NCBI GenBank assembly: GCA_951406725.2
Contig: OX597834.1
Location: 6,200,001-6,264,000, forward strand
Origin: Octopus vulgaris
Taxonomy: Eukaryota
Direction of reading: 5' to 3'
Length of the DNA stretch: 64,000 bases
Below the pieces are notes generated by a model. The model was given only the letters and a program-made list of their open reading frames with translations, ran no database searches and was not told the DNA's origin. The position numbers and the translations under genes are program-made. The first letter of the stretch is position 1. The number at the start of each line of letters is the position of its first letter. Below, piece after piece: positions 1-11,431 of this stretch.

Positions 1-90
1 CTATACATAGATCAGAACTGGGCCCCTAGACAAATAAAGTCCCTGAGCAAGTTGCCTGGTATGCCCTTGTTTGAGGTGTAACTGTCTATA

Positions 91-276
91 GGTGCAGGAA
101 TGGCTGTGTGGTAAGTAGCTTGTTAACCAACCACATGGTTCCGGGTTCAGTCCCACTGCGTGGCACCTTGGGCAAGTGTCTTCTACTATAGCCTCGGGCC
201 GACCAAAGCCCTGTGAGTGGATTTGGTAGACGGAAACTGAAAGAAGCCCGTCGTATATATGTATATATACACATAC

Positions 277-339
<63 letters not shown>

Positions 340-472
340 TGTGTGTGTTTGTGTGTCTGTGTTTTTCCCCCTAGCATTGCTTGACAACCGATGCTGGTGT
401 GTTTATGTCCCTGTTACTTAGCGGTTCGGCAAAAGGGACCGATAGAATAAGTACTGGGCTTACAAAAGAGTA
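91..472 (+). mobile_element. tRNA-derived SINE family A (CORE-like box, internal (TA)n/(TG)n linker), 3'-truncated
   Basis: A-box TGGCTGTGTGGT, B-box GGTTCAGTCCC, CCTTGGGCAAGTG motif; near-identical copies recur about 10 times in the window. Confidence 0.9.
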
Positions 473-569
473 AAAAAAAAGAGTGCCTTAAGAAAGTATA
501 TTTTTCTGTCTTTTCATGTCAACCTTGGCCCCAGGGGCAAACGTTGACAGGCAAAAATTCTATAGAACC

Positions 570-899
570 CCCATCACATCATAATCATCATCATCACCAA
601 CATTTAACATCTGTTTTCCATGCTGGGTTTGATTGGACTATGTAAGTGTGCATATACTTATCATCATTTAATGTTGATTTTACTGCTGGCATGGGTTACA
701 CCAAATATCAGCGTCGTCGTCATCATCATCATTGTCATCATCGTCATCATCATCATCATCATCACCATCATCATCATCATCGTCGTCATCATCATCATCA
801 TCATCATTGTCATCATCGTCATCATCTTCATCGTCATCATCGTCATCGTCGTCGTCGTCATCATCATCATCATCACCATCGTCATCATCATCATCGTCG

Positions 900-982
<83 letters not shown>

Positions 983-1010
983 GCCATCGCCATCATCATC
1001 ATCATCATCA
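570..1010. repeat. (CAT/CGT)n microsatellite
   Basis: Direct reading; explains the poly-H/I/S/D/M ORFs. Confidence 0.95.
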
Positions 1011-1759
1011 GTTGTCCATAGACAAAGCTCTAACATCATTCATTCTCAGCTTCCTACTGTCCCTATCAAGACTTTAGTTTCAGAACCAGAGATTACATCA
1101 GTACAAGCTCTGCTTCCTCTCTGAGCCTTTTTGGAAAGATCTTCATTCTTGCTCCTCTGTGCCACCCACCTCCTGACGGTGACCAGAATAAAAGCTTTGA
1201 AATCTGTTGACTGTGTGGTTTAAGAAGTTCCCTTTCCAACCAAGTGGCCCTCTACTTAACTCCCAGTGAATAAAACTTGAGGCCAACTGAAGCCTTGTAA
1301 GGCAATTTGGTAGATGAAACAGAAAGAAGCCCCTTGTATGTGCACGTATGTGTGTGTGTCCTTCATTTCTCACTTGAGCCTTGAACTCCTAGTGGGGTCA
1401 CAGGGCTAGCTTCATGAATGACATGCCTTGTGTGGTTTAAACCTGGTTAAGCCTGAACACAGCTGACTGTTTGACATGCAGAGAACAAGAGAAGAGAAGA
1501 GAAGAGAAGAGAAGAGAGAGAGACGAGGAGGGGGAAGAAAGAGCTGGAAGAGGAGCGGGAAGTATTGCTTGGCCTAGGACTTCAGCTGAAAACACTTTGC
1601 CTAGATACCACACAGTGGGGCCGAACCAGAAACCATGTGACTGCAAGGCAAACTTCTTAACCACGCAGCAACACGTGCACCTAATTGTGTAGAGTATACA
1701 GTCATGATCAGGATCATGATCATCATCACCACTTCCTCCTCCTCCTCCTCCACCATCAC

Positions 1760-2826
1760 TTTCTCGTGTTTTCAGAAATCGTATAGGCCTTCTTCTGCAA
1801 ATAATCTCATCATCTGTTGCAGTTGGAAACCCAGAAATTTTCCCCTTACTATCACAAATAACACTAAGAACAATTCAAAGGCCACAAAAAAACTGTATCT
1901 GGTTCGTAATACCTTTCGGAAAACAAATTAAATCGAACCTTCCCTTACAGTTCCGTGAAGCCGTTGCTAGGAACTTTCCCAGAAATCCTAGATATCATTC
2001 TATTATCAATTCCCACAAGGTCAGAATCGCTTTCTCTAACACTAGGTATCTTTCACAAATTATATCTTCCCACAATACCAAGCTGCTAAACAAAGATTCT
2101 CCACCAGGGAATTCCAACACTTATCTTGCTAATTCCAACCCATCATACAATCATAATAATAGGAATAGTATTAATAGTAACAGCATTAGTAGCAGCGAAA
2201 GTGTTAACAAGGATAATATTAATAATAGTATTAGTCGTGTTAATAACAATGGTAGTGTTGATGGTAACAACAATAACGGTATTATTGTCGGTGGTATTAC
2301 TGGTTGTAATACCATTAATAATACTAATAATAATACAAATAGTGTAGTTGTTAGCGCTAATAATAATAGTAACAACAATCATAACAATAAAAACTTCGTT
2401 TCGATCTCGGAGGACAACCCCAACAGAATTAAATTTTTGTCTAGTAATTCTAAGATTAAGAATTCTATTTACCAGTGTAGAATTTCTTCCGGTAACGATG
2501 TCTTCTTCTATATAGGAGCGTCCACTTCCCAGTTATCCAAGAGAATTTCAAACCACTATTCAACATTCAGGGATAGTAAAAAACGACATAGTACAGGGCT
2601 AAGTAAATTAGTTTGGCGTCTTAAAGACAACAATATAATTTTCAAGTTAGATTGGTTCATACTGTCTGTATCCTTTCCTTTTGATAATGGCAGGAGATTT
2701 TGTAACATTTGTAACTCTGAACTCTTCCATATTCTTTTCTCTAAGGTTCCCCTAGTAAACACACTCATAGAAAAATCATACAAATGTAAACACTGGCAGA
2801 AACACACTTTCTACTCATATAAATGA
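1760..2826 (+). mobile_element. Penelope-like element (Naiad-type) 3' ORF: RT thumb, Asn-rich linker and GIY-YIG endonuclease; 5'-truncated
   Basis: Frame is stop-free from 1720 to 2826: CIWFVIPFGKQIKSN...NFPRNPRYHSIINSHKVRIAFS...IISSHNTKLL, then IYQC...YIGAST..LSKRISNHYSTFR...LSKLVWRLK...CNICNSE...KCKH. Confidence 0.88.
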
Positions 2827-3099
2827 TAACGATAGTCACTGTGGTTTGAACAATTAGCTTTACGTCTACCCCACTTCTATAGAGAAATTCTTTCCTAAGC
2901 CTTCGAACATTCTTTCAATCAACGTACCCTTCCCTCTCCACTTGTTCCCTACCTATTATTACTTTATCCCTTCTCTTCCTACTATCTATTTTTGACGTCA
3001 ATTCTTCTAACGGTTTTTAAAAAAAACACTCATTATCGTTTTGTTTACCATGTAGGCTATCATCGAAGTTTTTGTTTGTCTTGTTGTCGAGAGAGGCTC

Positions 3100-3192
3100 C
3101 CTTTCTTTCCTGATGAGAAGATCGCATAATGCACCCTTTATTCCTTTGGAATGAAAACATGCTGTCTTCGAAACATGTGTCGAGAGTAAAGG
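3100..3192 (+). ncRNA. Type I hammerhead ribozyme in the 3' terminal repeat of the Penelope element
   Basis: CTGATGA 3110-3116; stem II GAAGAT.GCA/TGC.GTCTTC; GAAA 3170-3173; palindromic stem III ACATGT; GTC 3179-3181; stem I CCTTTCTTTC/GAGAGTAAAGG. Confidence 0.85.
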
Positions 3193-3394
3193 AATTTTGT
3201 TAGCATCTTCGTTCGACTCCATTCTTTCATTTATTTATATATATGTATATGTATATTTGGATTCGAACTCACAAGTGTAAACAAGACAGACAGAGAAAGG
3301 CAGAAACAAGGAAAATGCCACTTATATTTGAACACTATACAAATATTCTTTTAAAAAACTTTTCTTTTAATTTTTCTAAATTTAATTATTTAAT

Positions 3395-3441
3395 CGTTAC
3401 AGTTGAAAAGGTCTCAAATGACCGAAACCGGTACGGAAATG
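3395..3441 (+). ncRNA. Hammerhead-like motif with U3:A8 core and decayed stem I
   Basis: TTGAAAA-GGTC/GACC-GAAA-CCGG-TA; stem I has mismatches. Confidence 0.55.
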
Positions 3442-3534
3442 TTCTTTATAAAATTATTTTAGCATTTTCTATCTTGAGACTTGTTTTTTCATATATATCT
3501 CAACTTGTGTGTTCCTTTTCACCCTTATACATAC

Positions 3535-3586
<52 letters not shown>

Positions 3587-3590
<4 letters not shown>

Positions 3591-3917
3591 GGAGATTTAC
3601 TTGCATAGCAAGTGACCTGATCTGAGATCGTGTGCTGGAACGAAAACAATTGCAGCGTGGAAGGTATTTATAGGCCATTTAAGAAACACACAAAAACCGT
3701 TAGATTCACTTCAACATTTAAATTTAATCTGTCAAAATATTTTCGTCGCTTTGAGACCGCAACCTGTTCCCTGACAAAGCAGCACGAAGCTTTGTCAGTG
3801 AACAGGTCGCGGTCTCAAAGCGACGAAAATATTTTGACAAATTAAATTTAAATGCTGAAGTGAATCTAACGGTTTTGTGTGTTTCTTAAGTGGCCTATAA
3901 ACACCTTCCACGCTGCA
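3587..3917. repeat. Repeat family P with ~130-bp inverted arms (3651-3780 / 3789-3917), Penelope-type inverted terminal repeat
   Basis: Arms are reverse complements with few mismatches; related copies at 15361-15440, 16075-16190 and 40579-40830. Confidence 0.85.
3791..3841 (+). ncRNA. Hammerhead-shaped motif with G3:C8 core (GTGAACA)
   Basis: Stem I TTTGTCA/TGACAAA, core GTGAACA plus an extra G, stem II GTCGC/GCGAC, GAAA, palindromic AATATT stem III, UUU triplet. Confidence 0.65.
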
Positions 3918-4013
3918 TTTGTTATATATATTTCGATATCAGTGTCTATCGATACTGGATAAAGTATAAGTGTTTGTGAAGGGAACCTGCTTCTCATCGA
4001 CAACCGTGATTGT

Positions 4014-4058
4014 CACACGCCGATGACGGGTCAATACTCAGAAACTCGAGTCCGTGTG
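4014..4058 (+). ncRNA. Minimal type I hammerhead (U4C core CCGATGA)
   Basis: Stem I CACACG/CGTGTG; stem II GGGT/ACTC; GAAA-C-TCGA-G-TC, palindromic ACTCGAGT. Confidence 0.75.
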
Positions 4059-4454
4059 TATCATAAGTTGAAGACGGGAAGGATGGCTTCCCTTTGCAAA
4101 CACTGATAGGTCACAGAGAGTGTGTCCATGGCCAGCTGGAGAAGGTGTCCTCTTGGGGCTACAAACTACAGTAGCATCCACCCTTAGGGGTTAGCCATAT
4201 TTAAATGGCAAATATACGTCACGATGTGTTGCAGCTACTGTTTATAACTCGCTCTGAGATTTACTATTGCTTATATATATATATGAGTGTTGGGAATAAG
4301 TATTACTTCTTAGTATTAATATTACCTCTGTTGCTAATATATATTTATTAAAACGATGATGACAATGATGATGTTTTATGTGATAGGCTTCCATGCAGTT
4401 TCCATCTATCAAATTCACTTGTGTTTTTCTTTGCATCTTTGAACACACCGCACG

Positions 4455-5461
4455 AATTGATTATTTGGTCATGAATCTCCCAGAGTATCCATAACCATGA
4501 CACAACCACGTAATGACTTCGGCACATGTTTATACCACTTATTGTCAAAATTCATGCGGAAAATGTTTGCCTATTTCCCAACGGACGTAGCTACCAACTT
4601 GGTCATGTCTGTGAATATTTGTGAGTATTTGTGAGGCCTGGGAATATAAAAAAGAAATGTCCAGTGGTTTCTGATGCTGATTGCATGGTTTGCAGGTGAC
4701 ATTAGTCTCTTTTATTTTATTATTTTAATTTCATAGACTTTTGTGGCTGTTCATTGATCTTGTGCAACTAAAACCAGACCTTCTTTTTTTTGCTTTTACT
4801 CCAATATCTTTTAATCATTCCTCGTTTCCATCTTGGCTTACTTTCTTCCTCTTCAGATTTTAGTTTCCAATATTCGTTTAGTTGTTGTTTTTTAGTTTTG
4901 ATTAGATTTTATCTCGTGTATTTATTTTTTTTTTTAAATATTTTTTTTTTAAAAATCGTTTCTATTGTTTTGTTCTTATCTAAACTTTTCCCAAATTCTA
5001 ATTAGTTTCTGTTTTGTTTTTCCTTGATTTCTGATACAGAGATGCAAATTGTTTATTTTTTGAGTGTTTTCCTTTTTGTTGATATTGACAATTTTTGTTT
5101 TTTTTCCTTTCTTTTACTAATCATTCCATCATTGCTTGGTTCTAAATATTTTTCTAGACCAATTCTCATTACTTTGTGAAAGTTTTCTATTTGCATGAAA
5201 CCTTCTTTCCATGTGCACAAGATAGATATATCCTATCAATATCATCTCCAAGATGATGAGTTTGCAATGCAGTGGTTAATTTTCTTGTCTAGACTCTGCG
5301 GTTCACTTAAATTCTAATATATAAATAACACTGACGTTGTAGTTTACGACTAGGTGGACTAGTGTATATCTACGTATTATACACAACATATAGACGCATA
5401 CAGTGTGTACATACATGTATTTATAAATGCTAGTGTATGTGAATATAAATATATATATATG

Positions 5462-5497
<36 letters not shown>

Positions 5498-5840
5498 GTA
5501 TTAATAATCTTATTTCTGGCACTGAATTTAGTTTTTAATTTTGTTCCAATACGTCTGTTGCAATTTTCCTTTTCCTTTCAGTGTGTCCTGTCAATTTCAT
5601 CTACTCCTAAGTACCAGTATAAATCATTATCTTCTAATTGTCTCATTTCAATGTCTAAATCAAATTTAATGTTTTCAATTTTAATTAATTCGCCTCTTTA
5701 TAGAGTAGCTTTGACATATTTGTCTAATAGTAAGCTTATACTGACATCACAACTAAATTCAGCTAAAATTTTTAATATTGCTAAATGGCAGCTAACAAAC
5801 TTAATGTCATGAGTCAACATAAATTCTAATCTCTTCACAT
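4455..5840 (-). pseudogene. Old, degraded R4/Dong-type non-LTR retrotransposon (RT C-terminal part, thumb, CCHC/RHD region)
   Basis: Minus-strand translation across frameshifts: HDIKF...FSCDVSISLLLDKY...LYWYLGVDE...SARNKIINT; RKLTTALQTHHLGDDIDRIYL; EGLVLVAQDQ; CKPC; HRHDQVGSYVRW; KWYKHVP; ILWE. Colinear with the element at 21304. Confidence 0.75.
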
Positions 5841-5842
5841 TA

Positions 5843-6077
5843 TCTATACTATAATAAAGAACGCTACTTATTAATTAGTTCAGTGTATGTAAATTTTATT
5901 AAAGAAAGCATTTATTGAAGTCTAAACTATCAAGAAAATTCTTAAAAACTTTAATTTCAATATAGTTTTTATCAAAATGTGGTTTTACAATTTCTATTAT
6001 CATTGAAGATTTCAGCTACACAATAAAATTTATTTTCAAACATTGCAAAATGGCATTTTCTCTTTAACTTCTCTGTC

Positions 6078-6108
<31 letters not shown>

Positions 6109-6452
6109 GTCTCTCTCTCTCTCTCCCCCCCTCTCTCTCTCTCTCTCTCAGGACTATAAATCTGTTATATATTTCTGCTAATTAATTCCTTTGCTGAGGA
6201 CACAATACATGTTATCACTGTTCATATAATAAAAAGGAAAGAAAAATACAATTTGCCATTACTGTAGTTGTCTCTTTACATAAATTATTAATACTAAAAT
6301 GCACAAACACACACACACAGAGATGTATATCAACAGAAAAGTAACGAAGTGCAAATTATAAATTACATAGTCACATGTGTTCAAACATGCAATAAGTTAT
6401 TCAATATGACTTTTTCACCTGTACATACTAAGTGACTAATTGTACACTCTAG
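5843..6452 (+). mobile_element. Possible non-autonomous Helitron
   Basis: A|TCTATACTATAAT 5' end, with the same start and similar downstream sequence at 14688; CTAG|T at 6449-6453; 3' hairpin weak. Confidence 0.35.
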
Positions 6453-6866
6453 TTCACTGTCATACCAAGTTATGAAATCCAATATGGACATATAAGATAA
6501 ACTGGATTTTACATGGCTAAGCTGAATCAGCATAATTGATTTCATAATTTCCAACTCTGTCTTTGAGTGCTTGATATTATTCTATTTATATTTACCGAGA
6601 AAATGTGTACCATCAGATGAATAAAGTATACACAGAGAAATTAGAAGTAAAATACCGACCAAATTCACTTGTGTTTTTCTTTGCATCTTTGAACACATCA
6701 CACGGGCTGAAACATTTTTAAGGATTTTAAGGATTTATATCAGAAAAATTACACAGATTGGGAATTGAACTGTGTAAATATCATTTAGAATCTTTAAGTC
6801 CTGAGTTCAAATTACGATGAAATCGATTTTACCTTTCATCCTTTCAGGGTTGGTAAAATAAGTACC

Positions 6867-7093
6867 TATTTCTTTATTACCCACAAGGGGCTAAACACAG
6901 AGGAGACAAACAAGGACAGACATAGGTATTAAGTCGATTACATCGACTCCAGTGCATAACTGGTATTTAATTTATCGACCCCGAAAGGATGAAAGGCAAA
7001 GTCGACCTCAGCGGAATTTGAACTCACAACATAACGCAGATGAAATACCGCTAAGCATTTCGCCCGGCGTGCTAACGTTTCTGCCAGCTTGCC
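6867..7093 (-). mobile_element. tRNA-derived SINE family B nested in an older + strand family-B copy (about 6799-7190)
   Basis: GCCTTTCATCCTTTCGGGGTCGATAAATTAA body; 14-bp TSD GTAAAATAAGTACC on both sides. Confidence 0.88.
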
Positions 7094-7449
7094 GTAAAAT
7101 AAGTACCAGTTGGACACTGGGGTGGGGGTGTTAATGTAATCGAATTATCTCCATCCCGAAATTGCCGGCCTTGTGTCAAAATTGGAAACTAATAATTACC
7201 GAGTTTATTTTAAATAAGTAAAGACTGCAAAAGAAAATTAGTCACAACATCAGAAAAATTACACGAATTCAGAATTAAATGTGTAAATATTATTTAGCAA
7301 CTAAATGACATTTACACATTTGAGAAATGTTATTTGCTACGGAGATAATTCTTGTAATGAAATGTAATGAAAGTAAGTAGAAAATTCAAATGGATGGTAA
7401 TTTAATTATATTGTCATTTCTTAACTCTATGATCTTGAAGAAGACATCT

Positions 7450-8237
7450 CTGGGTTCAGTTCTACTGCGTGGCACCTTGGGCAAGTATCTTCTGCTATAG
7501 CTTCGGGCTGACCAAAGCCTTGTGAGTGGATTTGGTAGACGGAAACTGAATGAAGCCCATCATATACTCTTGTACTCTTTTACTTGTTTCAGTCATTTGA
7601 CTGTGGCCATGCTTGAGCACCGCCTTTAGTTGAGCAACTCGGCCCTAGGGCTTATTCTTTGTAAGCCTAGTACTTATTCTATCAGTCTCTTTTGCCAAAC
7701 CACTAAGTTATGGGGATGTAAACACACCACCATCGGTTGTCAAGCGATGTTGGAAGGACAAACACAGACACACAAACATATACACACACAGACATATATA
7801 TATACATATATACGACAGGCTTCTTTCAGTTTCCATCTACCAAATCCACTCACAAGGATTTGGTCAGCCCGAGGCTATAGTAGAAGACATTTGCCCAAGG
7901 TGCCATGCATTGGGAATGAACCCAGAACCATGTGGTTGGTAAGCAAGCCACTTACTACACAGCCACTCCTGCACCTATATATATATATATCTATATGTAT
8001 ATATATGTATCATGTTTGTTGTTTGTGTCTGAGTTTGTCCACCCCACCCACCATCGCTTGACAACTGATGCTGGAGTGTCTACGTCCCCGTCACTTAGTG
8101 GTTCGGCAAAAAGAGACCAATAGAATAAGTACTAGACTTACAAAGAATAAGTCCTGGGGTCGATTTTATTCCACTAAAGGTGGTGCTCCAGCATGACCAC
8201 AGTCAAATGATTGAAATAAGTAAAAGAGTAAAAGAGT
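7450..8237 (+). mobile_element. SINE family A split at its (TA)n linker by an antisense family-A copy
   Basis: 5' half 7450-7565 and 3' half about 7985-8237 flank the inner copy. Confidence 0.85.
7566..7976 (-). mobile_element. SINE family A, full length, nested
   Basis: Reverse complement of the family-A consensus from head to GTAAAAGAGTA tail. Confidence 0.9.
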
Positions 8238-8289
8238 ATGTCCCAATTTTTAACACATTATTCTATTGTAAATGATTTCAAGGAAGTCG

Positions 8290-8387
8290 AGCCTGGGGCA
8301 GCCTCCTGGCTTCCCAGACCCCGGTCGAACCGTCCAACCCATGCTAGCGCGGAAAACGGACGTTAAATAATGATGATGATGATGATG
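8290..8387 (+). mobile_element. SINE-like family C 3' fragment with (GAT)n tail
   Basis: CCGTCCAACCCATGCTAGC..GGAAAACGGACGTTAAA(GAT)n, shared with 59225-59717. Confidence 0.85.
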
Positions 8388-8429
8388 GTTCATAGTTTCT
8401 CCATTACATTTGTAACCATAGTCATTCTC

Positions 8430-8780
8430 ATTTAATATCTATTTATATTTATTTCTATATTATTTTATATATTTTATATTTTATATTTTTTATATTATCT
8501 TATATTATTTTATATTTTATATTACATTTTATATTACATTATATTTATATTATATTTATATTTTTTATATTATTTTATATTTTATATTATATTATATTTA
8601 TATCATATTTATATTATATTTATATTATATTTATATTATATTATATTTTATATTATATTTCATATATTTTATGTTTTATATTATTTTATACATTTTATAT
8701 TTTATATATTTTATATTTTATATATTTTATATTTTATATATTTTATATTTTATATTATTTATATAATATTTATTTTTAAT
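8430..8780. repeat. AT-only low-complexity (TATATTT-like) tract
   Basis: Direct reading. Confidence 0.9.
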
Positions 8781-8844
8781 GGAATCAAAACTTGAGAGCA
8801 GATTAATGAAAATAAGGAATTGCTTTTGAAAATTTTCACTTCTT

Positions 8845-9428
8845 ATTTCTTATTTCTTTCCTGCCCACAAGGGGCTACACACAGAGGGGACAGACATACG
8901 GATTAAGTCGATTATATCAACCCCAGTGCGTAACTGGTACTTATTTAATCAACCCCGAAAGGATGAAAGGCAAAGTCGATCGCGGCAGAACTTGAATTCA
9001 GGACATAAAGACAGACGAAATACCTATTTCTTTATTACCCACAAGGGGCTAAACACAGAGAGGACAAACAAACGGATTAAATTGATTATATAGACCCCAG
9101 TGCGTAACTGGTACTTAATTTATCGACCCCGAAAGGATGAAAGGCAAAGTCAATCTCAGCGGAATTTGAACTCAGAACGTAGCGGCAGACGAAATACCTA
9201 TTTCTTTACTACCCACAAGGGACTAAACACAGAGGGGACAAACAAGGACAGACAAACGGATTAAGTCGATTTTATCAACCCCAGTGCATAACTGTTACTT
9301 ATTTAATCGACCTCGAAAGGATTAAAGGCAAAGTCGATCTCGGCAGAATTTGAACTCAGAACGTAACGGCAGATGAAATATTGCGAAGCATTTCGCCCGG
9401 TGTGCTAATGTTTCTGCCAGTTTGCTTC
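8845..9428 (-). mobile_element. SINE family B, tandem trimer
   Basis: One head plus three ~175-bp bodies joined at GAAATAGGTATTTCGTC. Confidence 0.9.
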
Positions 9429-9469
9429 TTATGGAGTTTTATCTATTTCTCTTTATCTCATGCTATTAA

Positions 9470-9685
9470 TATTGGTTTCAAATTTTGGCACATGGCCAGT
9501 AATAGAGGGAAGAGGCTGGTCGATTACATAGACCCTTGTGCTCAATTGGTACTTATTTTTTCAACCCCAAAAAAGGACGAAAGGCAAAAATCTACCTCAG
9601 CAGAATTTGAACTCAGAACGGGAAGACAAATGAAACGTGTATAACCATTTTACCTAACGTGCTAACGGTTCTGTCTGCTCATTAC
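9470..9685 (-). mobile_element. Older family-B-related SINE
   Basis: Diverged GAAAGGCAAA..ACCTCAGCAGAATTTGAACTCAGAAC; similar copies at 10405-10560, 16480-16690, 16745-16955 and 48985-49095. Confidence 0.75.
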
Positions 9686-9751
9686 CTTGTACATTATTAA
9701 TATTCATAATTAATATAGTTACAAAGAATATTATTATTGAAAACCAAACAC

Positions 9752-9990
9752 TGTGGAGGCACGTGGCTTACTGGATAAGGTATTGAACTCACGATCACAA
9801 GATTCCTGGACCAGGTGATGTATTGTGTTCTTGATGAAAACACTTCATTTCTCGTTGGCCCAGTCCACTTGGCTGACAAAAATGAGTAATACTGTGATGG
9901 ACCAGTGTCTCATCCAGGTGAGCGAATATATATGCAATGAAACTGGGAAACCAGCCCTAATGAATCAGCATATTTCAAGAAGGTAACTTT
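9752..9990 (+). mobile_element. tRNA-derived SINE with V-domain-like core
   Basis: Degenerate tRNA head; CTGTGATGGACCAGTGTCTCATCCAGG; tail GAAACTGGGAAACC.GCCCT shared with 47500-47760. Confidence 0.65.
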
Positions 9991-10274
9991 AAAATTTACC
10001 TTTACGATGGATTGTATAAGTTTTGGAAGAAATAATTTTGATATTTTTCTTTGCTTTATTTTGTTTTTAATATATTCTCATATATTCTGAGTCTGTTTTA
10101 TCTTTCCTCGTTGATTACATTATCACCAAGCATATCCTAGGGTCATTATAATCAACTGTTTACTTCCACAAAGTTTTGTTGTAGCCCTGTACCTATATTA
10201 GAAATTCTGTGATGTTGGAATTATCTTCCTTGCTTTTCTAAAACAAAAAAACATCAATTTTGATTAAAACTGAT

Positions 10275-10328
10275 GACATTCCCTGATGAAAATTTAGGAT
10301 GTTGTCGTATTGTAACATAAGGAATGTC
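10275..10328 (+). ncRNA. Decayed hammerhead remnant
   Basis: Perfect 8-bp stem I GACATTCC/GGAATGTC enclosing CTGATGA; GAAA mutated to GTAA; stem III lost. Confidence 0.45.
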
Positions 10329-10707
10329 TTGAGAATTTTTAATCTAGTTGAGCTCATCTTTCTCCAAGACTAAATATAACTAATTTCTTTGAGAAAGAAA
10401 TTGTATTAACCCCACTACAGGACTGATCCTTATTTATCATCCTTGAAAGACTAAAAGTCAAAGTTGATCTCAGTGGAATTTGATTTTAAGAACACTGAGA
10501 GTCTGAGCAAATGGCATGTAGTCTTTTGTCCGATGCTCTGATGATAAAGCCAGCTTGCCATGTAGCAAATATTTTAGGTAAGACGATTTAATGAAATAGT
10601 TACTACTTTAACAGAAAATTAAAAGGTCAGAAGTCGAAAAGAACAGCATGAATCATCAACTGCAGTGGCTTTAGCACTGAGAGGAGCTGAGCTGAACTAC
10701 AGACTTT

Positions 10708-11199
10708 GCCTGTAATGACATGCATAAGATCTGGTCATCAAATCTAAGTAGAGACTTCAAACTTAAAATCTTCAAAGCCACAGTCAAACCAATTCTACTA
10801 TCAGGCTCAGAAACCTGGACGTTATCAAAGAAGCTTGAGAGGCGGTTGGATGGAACCTACACTCGCCTCCTTATGAGAGCTCAAAATCTCTCGTAGAAGC
10901 ATCCAACCAAAATGCAAATATATGGGAAACTACCACCTGTGTCATCTCTTGTGAAAGGTAGGAGAGTCTAATTTACTGGACATTGTTGTAGAGCTGAAAA
11001 AGAGGTAATTTCTACTCTTCTCCTCTGGAAGCCATCTGCTTGCAATACCAGAGGGTGCACACTCTCCTACCCTGATGTAATCTCCAGGGATAAAGGCATC
11101 CAGCAACAGGACCTCCGTAATGCTATGATGGACCGTGAAGTCTGGCGTAGCATGGTAAATTCCATTGTCTCCACCACGGTCGAACAATGATGATGATGA
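10708..11199 (+). mobile_element. RTE-clade LINE 3' fragment with (TGA)n tail
   Basis: KIWSSNLSRDFKLKIFKATVKPILLSGSETWTL...RLDGTYTRLL...FTGHC...AMMDREVWR; TTGCCT occurs at both ends. Confidence 0.88.
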
Positions 11200-11431
11200 T
11201 TGCCTATACACTTCTGCTCCAGTAACTGGGGCAGAGAAATATAAAAGGATGAACAGGAGCTGTCGTTTTGTATTAGAGTTTAGGTGAAGATTCATGCAGG
11301 GTGGCAACAGGTGATGCATGGTCAGGATGGGTCAAGATAGACTGGCAAGGCAAGTCCTAATACCCTTTCCCCTTCCCCCAAAAGCCAAAAGACCACACCA
11401 GAGCTGCATCCAGATTAGGGTACTGAAGCAG

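Noticed and set aside
620-1077. Poly-His/Ile/Asp ORFs (also 12347-12924, 48018-49088, 52483-53474)
   Set aside because: Translated (CAT)n/(TAT)n microsatellites
4410-6710. ~45-bp direct repeat at 4410 and 6660 as LTRs or a TSD
   Set aside because: Too short, lacks LTR termini, and encloses unrelated elements
8845-9428. Regularly spaced repeats resembling a CRISPR array
   Set aside because: Whole ~175-bp units repeat with no unique spacers; SINE multimer in eukaryotic DNA
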